A stretch of DNA of 64,000 nt from Eledone cirrhosa (Eukaryota). Below the pieces are notes generated by a model that was not told the origin of the DNA, did no database searches, and saw only the letters and a list, made by a program, of their open reading frames with translations. The translations under genes were made by a program, and so were the position numbers. The number at the start of each line of letters is the position of its first letter. Position 1 is the stretch's first letter. Below, in pieces: positions 1-12,758 of the stretch. The DNA lies in contig OZ024744.1 in assembly GCA_964016885.1 (NCBI GenBank), positions 50,964,001-51,028,000 on the forward strand, read 5' to 3'.

Positions 1-725
1 CAGCGGGTGGCTCAGGGTGCTTGAGTCGCAGGTTAGCCAGGACCTCCTCGGTGGGTTGGAGGACAGTGTCCTCTGAGGCAACCACTCTGACTGCGGCCGA
101 GACATCACCCATAATTAATTTAGCATTTACGCGGTCGCGCAAATGCTTGGCGCTGGTCTCAGGGGTGGAGGTGTGTGGTGTCCCTAGGCACACTTGGAAT
201 GGGCGCTTGCCCAAAGGACTAAACATTGGCCTTGACGAAGGCTGCTGTCGACCGGCCGCCCCGGTCAGCGCCAGAGCTGGGGAGGCCGAGGGCGAGTGGG
301 GCGAAATAAAAGAGTCGCTCCCAGTCGATGGCTCGATAGGATTCCAGGGCGCTCTCAATCGAGGAGGCGAGGGCATCGGCTACCGGCACCCGGGCCGCTC
401 TCGGGATCCTGAGTGGGATCTTTCGGAGCCGTCTGAGCCGAGCGATGTTGACCAGCGAGGCTTAGGCGTCAGGAAAGCTCGCTGTCTCATCTGGTGGTGT
501 GCCAGACGGCCGTGGCTGGACAAACGAGGGGAAGAGGCAGTTCCTGCATCTCCACGCTGCGAGGGTACTGGAAGCTCGACGTGTCAAGCCAACACAGGTG
601 AGGTGGTGGAAGCAGCCGCACCCCGAACAGTTCCGGCCCCTCTTCCGTCTGTTAGTGGTGCTGCAGGTGCTGCAGATGTCGGCTTGGGGGGGATGGGGGA
701 TGGGGCGTGGGGCACTGAGCGGCAT
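1..725 (-). mobile_element. 5' part of a CRE-clade (RLE-type) non-LTR retrotransposon ORF with N-terminal PHD finger; degenerate, runs off the window edge
   Basis: ORF 462-725(-) has C4HC3 PHD spacing (CSTC..CSGC..HLTC..WRCRNC). Reading past the stop gives RIPRAARVPVADAL..WERLFYFA, then after a frameshift RVNAKLIMGDVSAAVRVVASEDTVL..LRLKHP, which resembles the pre-RT blocks of CRE elements. Confidence 0.7.
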
Positions 726-1057
726 CAGGGGTGAGTGGCTGCGTGTGTGGGTGGAAATGAAAGTGCTGGTAAGAGGGCCTCATAGCTCACCTACATCAGA
801 TATAGAGGCGTCAGAAGACAAGAGAGAAAAGAAGGAGGTGCATGGAGGGGGACACACAACAAGGTAGAATGTTAGCAAATGAATGAGTGAATGGATGAAT
901 GTACAACAACAAAAAAAACAACAAAAAACCCAAAAGGGAGTGGGGGTGGGGGGAGAGAAAACAGGAGGGGTTCAACTGTTGACTTTCGAAAGAGTTCGTA
1001 TAAAGAGTTCGTATAATTGAAGCCGTGTGTTACTGTTTAGTATTATTATAATTGTTT

Positions 1058-1210
1058 TACAGCATAAAGCTACGGCCCTCCACGCTCCGGGCCCAAATCC
1101 CGCCGAGGTCAACTCTGCTCTTTATCCCCACGGGGCCGACAAAACAAGGCACCAGCCATGCGCTGGGACAATCGCTGCCCCGTGCCAAGAACAGAATAAT
1201 AATAATTATT
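1058..1210 (+). mobile_element. 5'-truncated tRNA-derived SINE (Nin/Deu-like core), T>C-biased copy
   Basis: Colinear with the SINE copies at 18240-18423, 25471-25658 and 27038-27135; ends in an AAT/ATT tail. Confidence 0.8.
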
Positions 1211-1242
1211 ATAGTTGTTGTTTTCTTAAGGCCCGATCGCTG

Positions 1243-1297
1243 GTGATGGTGATGGTGATGGTGGTAGCGGTGGATGGTGGTAGTGATGGTGGTGGCA

Positions 1298-1336
<39 letters not shown>

Positions 1337-1404
1337 CCTCTTGATGTTCATTTCATTCTATGCTGCTGCTGCTGCAGACAATGGTGTTGTTGCTGTCGTT
1401 GTTG
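1243..1404. repeat. (GGT/GAT)n and (GTT)n simple repeats
   Basis: Directly visible. Confidence 0.9.
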
Positions 1405-2150
<746 letters not shown>

Positions 2151-2203
2151 ATTTCTTAGCATTTTCCCCGTTCCTTTCTATTTATCTTCTATTTCTAACT
2201 CTA

Positions 2204-2239
2204 TCTTCTGATGAAGGACTAGTGCCCGAAACGTTAAGA
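2204..2239 (+). ncRNA. Minimal type I hammerhead ribozyme motif
   Basis: tctt-CTGATGA-a-Ggac(tagt)gccC-GAAA-CG-TT-aaga. Core intact, stem I tctt/aaga, stem II with one mismatch, and a loopless palindromic stem III as in PLE minimal hammerheads. Confidence 0.7.
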
Positions 2240-2337
2240 CCCTCTTCCTGCTATTTCAAGCGTTAAACTAATATATTTCTTCCATGTACTGTGCCGTTTG
2301 ATTTGTTATTCTTGTTATTGCTGTTTACCTTTTACTC

Positions 2338-2530
<193 letters not shown>

Positions 2531-2544
2531 CATACATTGAGAGT

Positions 2545-3006
2545 AGCTCTAACATTTCAAACAGAAGCGTATATGAAGACCAAAATGATATGTATAGATA
2601 TATAAGTCCTGCTATGGGTATTTTAAGCTGTGATCATGTCATCACTATCTCAATAACCCTGTGAGAACGCCAGACACTCGTGGTTCAGGGTCCCTCAAAA
2701 ATGACGTTTTCTCACTCGGTACTGAGATTAGAAAAACAAAAACGTTATAGCTTCTTTATATACATTTTACGTATAAAACGTTTGCTGGAGATGTGCATTT
2801 GTTTATTCTTATTCAGCACCGAATGAATAAATGTTACTGATGACGAATAACTACCCTGAAACTCGTGTCTGGCATTCTCTCCGGCTATTGTGATAGCTTT
2901 GACATGATCACAGTTTAAAACTTTCATAACGTGACTCATGTTTGTTTATTAAACATAAACATATCATATATGTTCTTCATATATTCCTCACGCCATGTTA
3001 GTGCTC
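2545..3006. mobile_element. Old palindromic MITE-like element with long imperfect inverted arms
   Basis: 2626-2690 (ctgtgatcatgtca..gccagacac..ttcagggt) is the imperfect reverse complement of 2853-2918. Similarity extends out to about 2545/3006 (tatatgaagac / ttcttcatata). Confidence 0.7.
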
Positions 3007-3034
3007 CTGTTAATATATATTAGTGTGGTCCCGA

Positions 3035-3246
3035 CAGTGCGTTGTGTCCTTGAGCAATCAATTAATTTCACGTTACTCCAGTCCACTCACCTGACATAAA
3101 TGAGTTGATGAGTTGTACCTGTAATTCGAAGTGCCAGCCTTGTCACATTCTGTGTCATGCTGAATCTCCCTGAGAACTAAATTAAGGGTACGTATATTTG
3201 TGGAATACTCAGCCACTCGCACGTTAATTTCACGAGCAAGCTGTTT
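3035..3246 (+). mobile_element. SINE family 2 (CORE-like central domain), 5'-truncated and interrupted by a MITE at its 3' end
   Basis: gtgtccttgagcaa..tttcacgtt.ctccagtccactca.ctg..aaatgagt domain; colinear with 5485-5765. Confidence 0.75.
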
Positions 3247-3556
3247 CATTTATTATAATGCTCGGTGTGTTTGTAAACAAACATCCCGTATTAAGCCGTA
3301 GTGTCCAGCGTAGTGACCCGGCCGATTAACCCACTCGATATGCAAATTGGGCTACTCAGCCGTTAATATGCATAAGGTAAGTATATCCGTTCAACAATCT
3401 GGCAGGAAGGTATACGTTGCTGACGATAGCTAATAAGCTTGAAACTAGTACAGCGTTCCTTTGTCAGTGTTGAACAAATGAGCAACGATGGTTGCTGGAC
3501 ACTACGGCTTAATACGGGATGTTTGTTTACAAACACACCGAGCATTATAATAAATG
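3247..3556. mobile_element. Young 310-bp MITE with perfect 63-bp terminal inverted repeats
   Basis: 3247-3309 (catttattataatgctcgg...gtgtccagc) is the exact reverse complement of 3494-3556. Confidence 0.9.
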
Positions 3557-3899
3557 TTCGGTGAATTCATACGTACATATATATATGTGTGCATGTATGT
3601 ATATATATACATACTACTGTACGTCTGTATACATATATGTATGTACGTGTACATACTTATACTTTTATTTATGTTTATCATTTTACATTTATATATTTTT
3701 AGATTTAGAGTGTTTGCCGTTTTTCCCATCTCGGTTTTCACCACATCTCTGTAATCTTGCTGAATATATCAGCCTGCAGAAGTAGCTCGTACGTTGTTGT
3801 ACGATCTATGGTAGAAATAGTAGCTACAACTCCCTCAATTCACACCCTACTGTGTTTGGAAGAGGCAGGAATTACCAAGTTCACTTCATGAAAACTCTA

Positions 3900-4960
<1,061 letters not shown>

Positions 4961-5225
4961 TAATTAGAAAAGACTAAGAAAGATCACAACTCCCGGTATT
5001 ATCTGTCTACAGCTATTAACAACAGTGTCATTCATATGTACTCGAAATGTAGTCGCCTCCACGTAAATGACTATAACAATAATAGCTAATCACAATAAAT
5101 AACAGATGAGTAAATCGAGTAAAATACAACCATCGATGAGGGAAAAAATGGACAGAGGCATCTTCGAAGAATCCAACCGCGCATCTCTCGGATGCTGGAC
5201 GGGTACGTTAATCATTACATTAAGG

Positions 5226-5355
5226 CAGGGCTTCAAGAAGTGGGTTCCGCAAAGGAGTGTCTGGTGTTCCGTGAAAAAAGGTAGAGAAGTATATTACGAC
5301 CATATAACAGTATTAGACTTTGGGTTCCACGTTTGAAAAAGTTTCGGAAACCCCG
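5226..5355. mobile_element. hAT-superfamily MITE (130 bp)
   Basis: Begins CAGGGCTTC and ends GAAACCCCG (imperfect TIR). Flanked by an exact 8-bp duplication CATTAAGG at 5218-5225 and 5356-5363. Internal gggttcc motifs and an aaaaagtt subterminal motif are typical of hAT MITEs. Confidence 0.85.
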
Positions 5356-5484
5356 CATTAAGGAGAACCTTCCTACTATTTGCCGTCTTTTAGAAGAGAT
5401 TAAGCTAGTAGCTAGAAGTGTGAACATACTTCAATCTTTATCAACTTTTAACTGTTCAAAGCTTAGGGAAAACCTAGAATCTGT

Positions 5485-5765
5485 GACGGTTTAGTGGTTA
5501 GTATGTTCAGCTGAAGGTCGTAAGGCCTTGAGTTCGATTCTCTTTGAGCAAGATATTTCATTTCACACCGTTCCAGTCCACTCAGCTAAAAAAAAAAAAA
5601 AAAGATTTGTACCTGTAATTCAAAGGGCCAGCCTCATCACATATTGTGCTACACTGAATATCTCTGAGAATAAAGTTAAGGATACACGTGTCTATGGAAT
5701 GAATGGTCAGCCACTTTTAAGTTAACTGCACGAGCAAGCTGCTCCGTTGATCGAACAACTGGAAC
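5485..5765 (+). mobile_element. SINE family 2 with tRNA-derived head
   Basis: A-box-like TAGTGGTTAG and B-box GAGTTCGATTC, followed by the same core and tail as 3035-3246. Confidence 0.8.
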
Positions 5766-6027
5766 ATACTCTGCTTTCTTCCATTTTCTTTTCTTTAATA
5801 TATTGTACGTTGTATTCTAGTTTTCTTGGCTTCCTCATCAATTAACAAATGATTCCTCTGGCCTTTTAACACATATTTTCATATTCTGTTGTACTATTGT
5901 ACTGTTGTACTGTTGTCAGCGTCTGTTCCATGTATTTAGTCACCGACTAAAGACATGGAACTGCCCCATTACTAACTACTGGTACGACACACTGGTCAAA
6001 CACTTTGCTCTCTCTCTCTCTCTCTCT

Positions 6028-6111
<84 letters not shown>

Positions 6112-8469
6112 CTGATAGCTGGACGCACACAATTTTGGTGGTAAGTTTCTGTCAATTTATTTACAAAAAACAGAAATTCTTGTTTAAAAAACACACATTG
6201 TTTTGTAGATTAACCCCCAGGCCGAATTGTCAGCTGGGTGGCAATCTCATTTTTCGCCCCCATAGGGGCGAACATTTAATTTGAGGAACTGTCCAAAACT
6301 TTTTAACATTTTGTCATCAACAATGGCTAGCGTACAAGGAACGCTAGCGAACGTTGAGAAAGAAAGAGGAAAGAAAGAAATAGACTTTAACGTTGCTACA
6401 AGCTCTGCCTGCATCAATGTAGCTACGAATAATGACAACAAAGTTTTGTTTCACGAAAGTATACAATAAAAACAAAATTGAACCACACAGTGTACAACAG
6501 ACACCAAAAACAACAGAAAATAAAACAATTGACACAACTACAAACGGAAAAACTGACAACCACAACAACATCACAAAAAAAAAAAACTTTTGCAGAAAGT
6601 CATAAACAAACAAGACTTCAAGGATATAGATATCACTAATGCAAGACAAATGTTGTCTGAGGGGAAGAAATTCATCATTTTCGAATAAGGTGGATTTAAA
6701 ATAAACTCATCCCCGGAAATCAGAATTGAAACATTTAGAAGGACAGTAACCTTCAGAACTGTTTCAAATGAAACAAAAAGACCAGCATTCCTCAGTCAAG
6801 GGGAAATTGAAGCAACCTTGAAGGAAATATTGTCAAACAGACTTTATGCAGAGGGCCAAACAGTATGGGAGTATTTCGGTGCTCCTCAAAGCGAGGCCCT
6901 CACACAAAAATATTCCGTGACACCAATCCTGTCAAAAAAAATACAGCCTTTTCCCTACAAACCTCGGAAAAAGGACTAAAAAAATTAAATTACCAACATA
7001 CCACCAAATATTAACATTTGGTGGATCCTGGTAGGATTCTTGGAACAAGGAGAGGATAACATCCTCTTCCTGTCCATCAAGAAGTCAACCAGACACACGT
7101 GGTCTGGTACAAATTTGGAGATTCTGGTTCAAATGAGGCCGGAGAGAATCCTCAAAATACCCGAAAGAGCGCTGGTCGACAACAACAGCCACATCAACAT
7201 TTCGACCGAAGTAAGAAGACCACACTGCTCCCGATGTAAAAGTACATCGCATCTAAAGGCATCTAATCGCCATTTACAGACACACTTTAAAAAAACAATC
7301 CCCCCCAAAATACTGTTGCCAACACCAACACCAACGCAGTGTGTTAGAGTGCTAGCAACGAGAACGGCACTGGACCAGTTCTTCGACGCGAAACACGAAG
7401 GCTGCGTGGTCAGAAGTAAATCACGTGCTCTAGGAAACGAGGGAGCAAAAGCTGTTAGCTGGGCCCGAGTGGCAAAGGCGAAAAGTGGCAACAAGTCCAC
7501 GATTCGGTCTTTGAAAGACCAAAACGGACGTGTGCTACTTGACTCCAAGCAAATGTGCGCGGCCTTTCAGCAGCACTTTGCGCAACTGTTCGAACAGAGT
7601 GGCGGTGCGTCGAACGGGGCAATGGACTTCGGTTCATACTTCGATGGCCTGCCGCGTCTAAGCATGGACGCCGAGTTCTGCGAAAGACCGAACACAGCCA
7701 CTGAGATACGGGATGCTCTGGGCCGCTGCGAGTAATGCAAATCACCCGGTCTAGATGATCTACCCTATGAGTTTTACATAGGCATGCCGGACTTGTTCTC
7801 TGGCGTCCTCGAAACCGTCTACTGCAATTGGTAGCAGAACGGGAGAATTGCCAGTTCTGCAGGCAGGGGCGTAGTAACGCTGAACAGGAAAGACGAGAAC
7901 AAGGGGGACGGACTAAGCAACTTTAACCCAGAGTTTAAGATTTTGGCCAAGGTGTTGGCAACGAGGTTGGCGCTTGTCGTTGAGAACCTGGTAGGGAAAG
8001 CACAAACGTGTGCAATCCCAACCAGGTCCATACACGACAACCTCCACATCATGCGATACATCATAGAGAGGGTGGGGTGTAAACCCGACTTTTGTGGGAC
8101 TCTGATCAATTTAGATCAGTCTAAGTTGTTCGATAGGGTCGACCATCGATACTTGGAAGCAAATTTACTGAAAGGTGGGTCAATGTGGCAAAAATGGACC
8201 GAGTGATTGGGCCTTCTCTGTATATAAACCTGTAGGTTGAAGAAGAGAGCACAAGGAAGAAAGGAGCACTTGCACAACACACTCCTGAAGTTGAGGGTTG
8301 TTCTATTGACGGGGCATTAAACAACACATTTGTGACGCCTCCTCCATATTGGGGATTCCGATTGTTAAATTTGTTTGTTTCAATATTTTTACACGATTGT
8401 ATGTAAAATCCCCGGCATGTGTCTTTGCTTTGTCCCCTTTTCTTGTGCGCCCTTGTGGCTAATAAAGAA

Positions 8470-8470
<1 letters not shown>
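6112..8470 (+). mobile_element. Tx1-clade LINE, 5'-intact but internally deleted; ends at AATAAAGAAA(TCTA)n
   Basis: 5'UTR homologous to 8561+. Decayed ORF1 from about 6323 with knuckle CSRCKSTSHL. Jumps into ORF2 at about 7340 (AKHEGCVVRS, NLDQSK.FDRVDH), then to the ORF2 end at about 8160 and the 3'UTR. Confidence 0.9.

Positions 8471-8560
<90 letters not shown>
8471..8560. repeat. (TATC)n spacer between tandem Tx1 copies
   Basis: Pure tetranucleotide run joining a 3' end to the next 5' end. Confidence 0.98.
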
Positions 8561-8561
<1 letters not shown>

Positions 8562-11500
8562 GCCTGACGCGTGGAACATCGCTGGTAAGCTTTTTTGTAA
8601 ATTTCTATACAAAAAAACTGAACTAATTGTTTGAAAAACATATCATTTTGTAGATTAACCCCCAAGCTGAATTATCAGCTGGGTGGAAATCCCATTTTTC
8701 GCCCCTTTAGGAGCGAAAATTTAATTTAAAAATTGTTTAAAAAAAATCAAATTTGCCGACTATAAAACATGAATAACTCGAAAAGAATGCCGGAGAACGT
8801 TGACAGAGAGACGAGAGGTAAAGAGGCAGATATTAACGTTATATCTGCTTCTGTCACTATAGACGTCGTCATAGATACGACTGTCAACAAAGAAAAAATA
8901 AGATTGCCACTTGAACATTTAAAAATTTCTACCGTCGAAGCGGAGAAAAATAACACACAACATACACAGGAAAACACAGAAATTAAACCTATTTATATAC
9001 ATACACATGAAAAATCCAACAACTCCATAGATACATCTACAGATAAGATTTCCCCTTGTCAAGAAATTGCGATTTCTAACACCGAGGCTGACAACGACGA
9101 CAACGACAACAACAAAAACAACAAAAACACCACAAAAAAAATGGATTTCGCTGAAACAGTGAACAAAAAACAAGATTTTATAATTCTTGACATCTCTAAT
9201 GCAAGGGATATGCTCCAGCAAGGGAGAAAATCTGTAACTTTCGAAGACAAGGGTGAGTTTAGAATCAACTTACCCCTCGAAATAAAAGAAGAGACGGTTC
9301 GAAGGACAGTGACCTTCAGGACTGTCTAAAAAAATACGAGAAAGCCAATATTTGTGAGTCAAGTAGACATAGAAGCCAACTTGAAGGAGACTCTAGAAAA
9401 TATTGACTTTCTTCAACGAAGAAGACAGTACGGAAGTATTTCCGTACTGTTTAAAAGCGAGGCACTCGCCCAAAAACATTCTGAGACACCAATGGTGTCA
9501 AAAGCATTCACCTTTTTCCCTACGTACATGGGAAAAAGGACACAAAAAATAAACATAAAAAATATACCACCAAACATTAACATCTGGTGGATCTTGGCTG
9601 GCTTCGTAGAGCCAGAGACTGATATGATTCTTTCGATACGAAAGTCTATTAGACAAAGGTGGGCGGGTACTGATTTGGAGATTCTGATGCAGATGAGGCC
9701 GGAGAGAATCTCCAAAATACCCGAAAAAGTCGTCATCGACGACAACAACAAAATAAATATTTCGGTGGAGGGGTGTAAACCTCATTGCTTTCGTTGTGGT
9801 AACATAACACACCTCAGCGAGGAGGTGGAGGGGGAGTGGCTGTCATGTTTCGGAAGAACCTGGACGTCGAAGTACAGCAAGTACACTTGGACCCGGAGAG
9901 TAGACTGGTAGTCCTAGACGTGAACAGTATTGGAGGTGGAGCCTTCAGACTCGTGGCCGTTTATGCCCCGACCGGGCAATCGCAATCACGGCCAGACTTC
10001 TTTAAGCGTCTAGAGTCTTTTCTGGGAACGTCTCGCTCCTTACTTTTAGTGGGGGACTTGAATGGTATCCTAGATACACGATGGGACTATGTGGGAGCAT
10101 GTCCCAGTAGAGGGGGGGGGGGGGGGGGTGCAACAGCCTCAAAACTTTAATCAGCCAATTCCAACTGGCTGATAGGTATCGACTGGATTTCCCGACTGCA
10201 CCACAGTGGACGTGGGCAAACCATAGCGGGACATCTAGATCGTATTTAGATAGGTTCTTCATTAGAGAAAGGGCCAAGGAGATGTTAAGCTGTCCACGAA
10301 TGCACATGCTTGCTTATTCAGATCACAAATTAGTCGTCTGCATAGTCAACCGTGACAGAACACATAGACAGGGTCCCGGATACTGGAAGCTGAACGTGTC
10401 GTTGCTGGCGCGTAAAGCTGACAGTGAACGAGTAAGTAGACTAGTCAAGCAACAGTTAACGGGAGCCATCGTCAACAATAGATGGTGGACTCTCTCAAGA
10501 AAGCAATTAGAGTAGAATCGATAGGGTTTAGCAGAGAGTTAGCCTTAGAGAAAAACAAAATAGAAAGAGAACTAGTAGCCAGGGTAGAGGAGGCACTTAG
10601 AAGTGGCAACGCGGCTAGAGTGTTAGCATCGAGAACGGCACTGGACCAGTTCTTCCATACGAAACACGAAGGCTGCGTGGTCAGAAGCAAAACACATGCT
10701 CTAGGAAACGAGGGAGAAAAAGGACTTAACTGGGCCCGAGCGGCGGAGGCAAAAAGTGGCAACAAGTCCACGATTCGGTCTTTGAAAGTCCAAAACGAAC
10801 GCGTGCTACTTGACTCCAAGCAAATGTGCGCGGCCTTTCAGCAGCACTTTGCGCGACTGTTTGAGCAGAACGACGGTGAGCCGAACGAGGCAATGGACTT
10901 TAGTTCATACCTCGACGGCCTGCCGCGTCTCTCGAACACGGACGCCGAGTTCTGCGAAAGACCGATCACGGACACTGAGATACGGGACTCTGGGCCGCTG
11001 CGGGAAACGCAAGTCACCCGGTTTAGATGGTCTACCCTATGAGTTTTACATAGGCATGCCGGATTGTTCTCTGGCGTCCTCGAAGCCGTCTACTGCAATT
11101 GGCAACAGAACGGGAGAATTCCCAGTTCTGCAGGCAAGGGCGTAGTAACGCTGATCAGGAAAGACGAGAACAAGGGGGACGAAATTAACAACTTCAGGCC
11201 CATAACTCTGCTCAAAACAGAGTTAAAGATTTAGGTGCTAGCAACGAAGTTGGTACTTGTCGTCGAAAATCTGGTAGGAAAAGCGCAAACGTGTGCAATC
11301 CCAACCAGGTCCATACACGACAACCTCCACCTCATGCGATACATCATAGAGAGGGTGGGTAGTAAACCCGGCTTCAGTGGGGCTCTGATCAATTTGGATC
11401 AGTATAAGGCATTCGATAGGGTCGACCATCGATACTTGGAAGCGGTTCTCAAGGCGGCCGGTTTCGGCCCCGATTTCAGTGGCTGGATCCAGGCGATGCA

Positions 11501-12477
11501 CACCAGCATCTGCTCGAGGGTCAAGGTGAACGGCTACCTATCGGAGCCCTTCGCAATCACGCGTTCCATTCGACAGGGATGCCCTCTCTCCTCCATTCTG
11601 TATGTATTGACTCTAGAGTTACTACTGCGGAAATTGGAGCTGTTGAAGGGCATCTCTCTAGAACCGGAACTGCGCAAAGCGGCGTCGGCTTATGCCGACG
11701 ACGTGACGGTAATGATGTCGGCACCTCGGAAATCGGGGTGATCGGCAACTTGCTGAAAGAATACGAAACGCTGACGGGAGCAAAACTAAACCCGGACAAG
11801 TCTGTCGGTTTGCAACTCGGTACGTGGAGAGGCAAATCGATGACGTCCGACAGCGTCGTTGGACGCTGGACGGACGGACCGGTGAAATGCTCGGGGTCTG
11901 GTTCGGTCCAGACCTCCAGGCGGAGAAAAACTGGCACGAGGTCACGGCCAAGGTATTTGCGCTCACCCAGAAGTGGGCAGAGTGCAAACTGTCCTTGAAA
12001 GGTCGAGCAGAGGTGGCGAACACTTTCATAGCGTCCGTCATCCACTACCGCTTGACTGTCGTGCCTTGTCCCCGTGAATACCTCGCCAAGATGGAACGCA
12101 TGCTCTTCCAGTTTCTGTGGAAGAAGCAGGCTCCGCTGGTGAGGAGATCCGTCTGCTGTCAGCACCCTTCCGACGGAGGGCTGGGAATGCCGTGGCTGAT
12201 GATGCGCAAACATGCACTGAGGCTGCGGCATCTCCAGGTATTCCTCACCGACCCCCCAACCGGTGTGGGAACCGTTTGTGAGACAGGCTTTCCCGCAGCA
12301 AAAGGAAGAAAGGAGCACTTGCACAATACACTCCTGAAGTTGAGGGTTGTTCTATCGACGGGGATTTCGATTGTTATAATTGTTTGTTTTATATTTTTTT
12401 ACACGATTGTATGTAAAATTCCCGGAATGTCTTTGTTTTGTCCCCTTTTCTGGTGCGCCCTTGTGGATAATAAAGAA
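8561..12477 (+). mobile_element. Tx1-clade LINE (family A), near full length, with frameshifts and deletions
   Basis: ORF1 remnants 8769-9815 (CFRCGNITHL knuckle). APE motifs VAVYAPT, GDLNG, SRSYLDRFF, YSDH. RT motifs PGLDG, FRPITLL, DQ.KAFDRVDH, RQGCPLS, AYADD. 3'UTR ends AATAAAGAAA then (TCTA)n. Confidence 0.93.
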
Positions 12478-12559
<82 letters not shown>

Positions 12560-12596
12560 TATCTATCTATCTATATATGTGTGTCAGCTCATCGAG

Positions 12597-12677
12597 TTTT
12601 ACACGACTGTATGTAAAATCCCCGGCATGTCTTTGTATTGTCCCCTTTCTTGTTGCGCCCTTGTGGCTAATAAAGAA

Positions 12678-12678
<1 letters not shown>
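12597..12678 (+). mobile_element. About 80-bp Tx1 3'UTR-only insertion flanked by a direct duplication of at least 40 bp
   Basis: Matches the family A 3'UTR. 12557-12596 is repeated at 12729-12768. Confidence 0.8.
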
Positions 12679-12731
<53 letters not shown>

Positions 12732-12758
12732 TATCTATCTATCTATATATGTGTGTCA

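Noticed and set aside
21-734. 237-aa plus-strand ORF
   Set aside because: Antisense shadow of the GC-rich CRE element; no recognisable motif.
2836-2872. CTGATGA..GAAA inside the palindromic MITE
   Set aside because: No stem II or stem I pairing.
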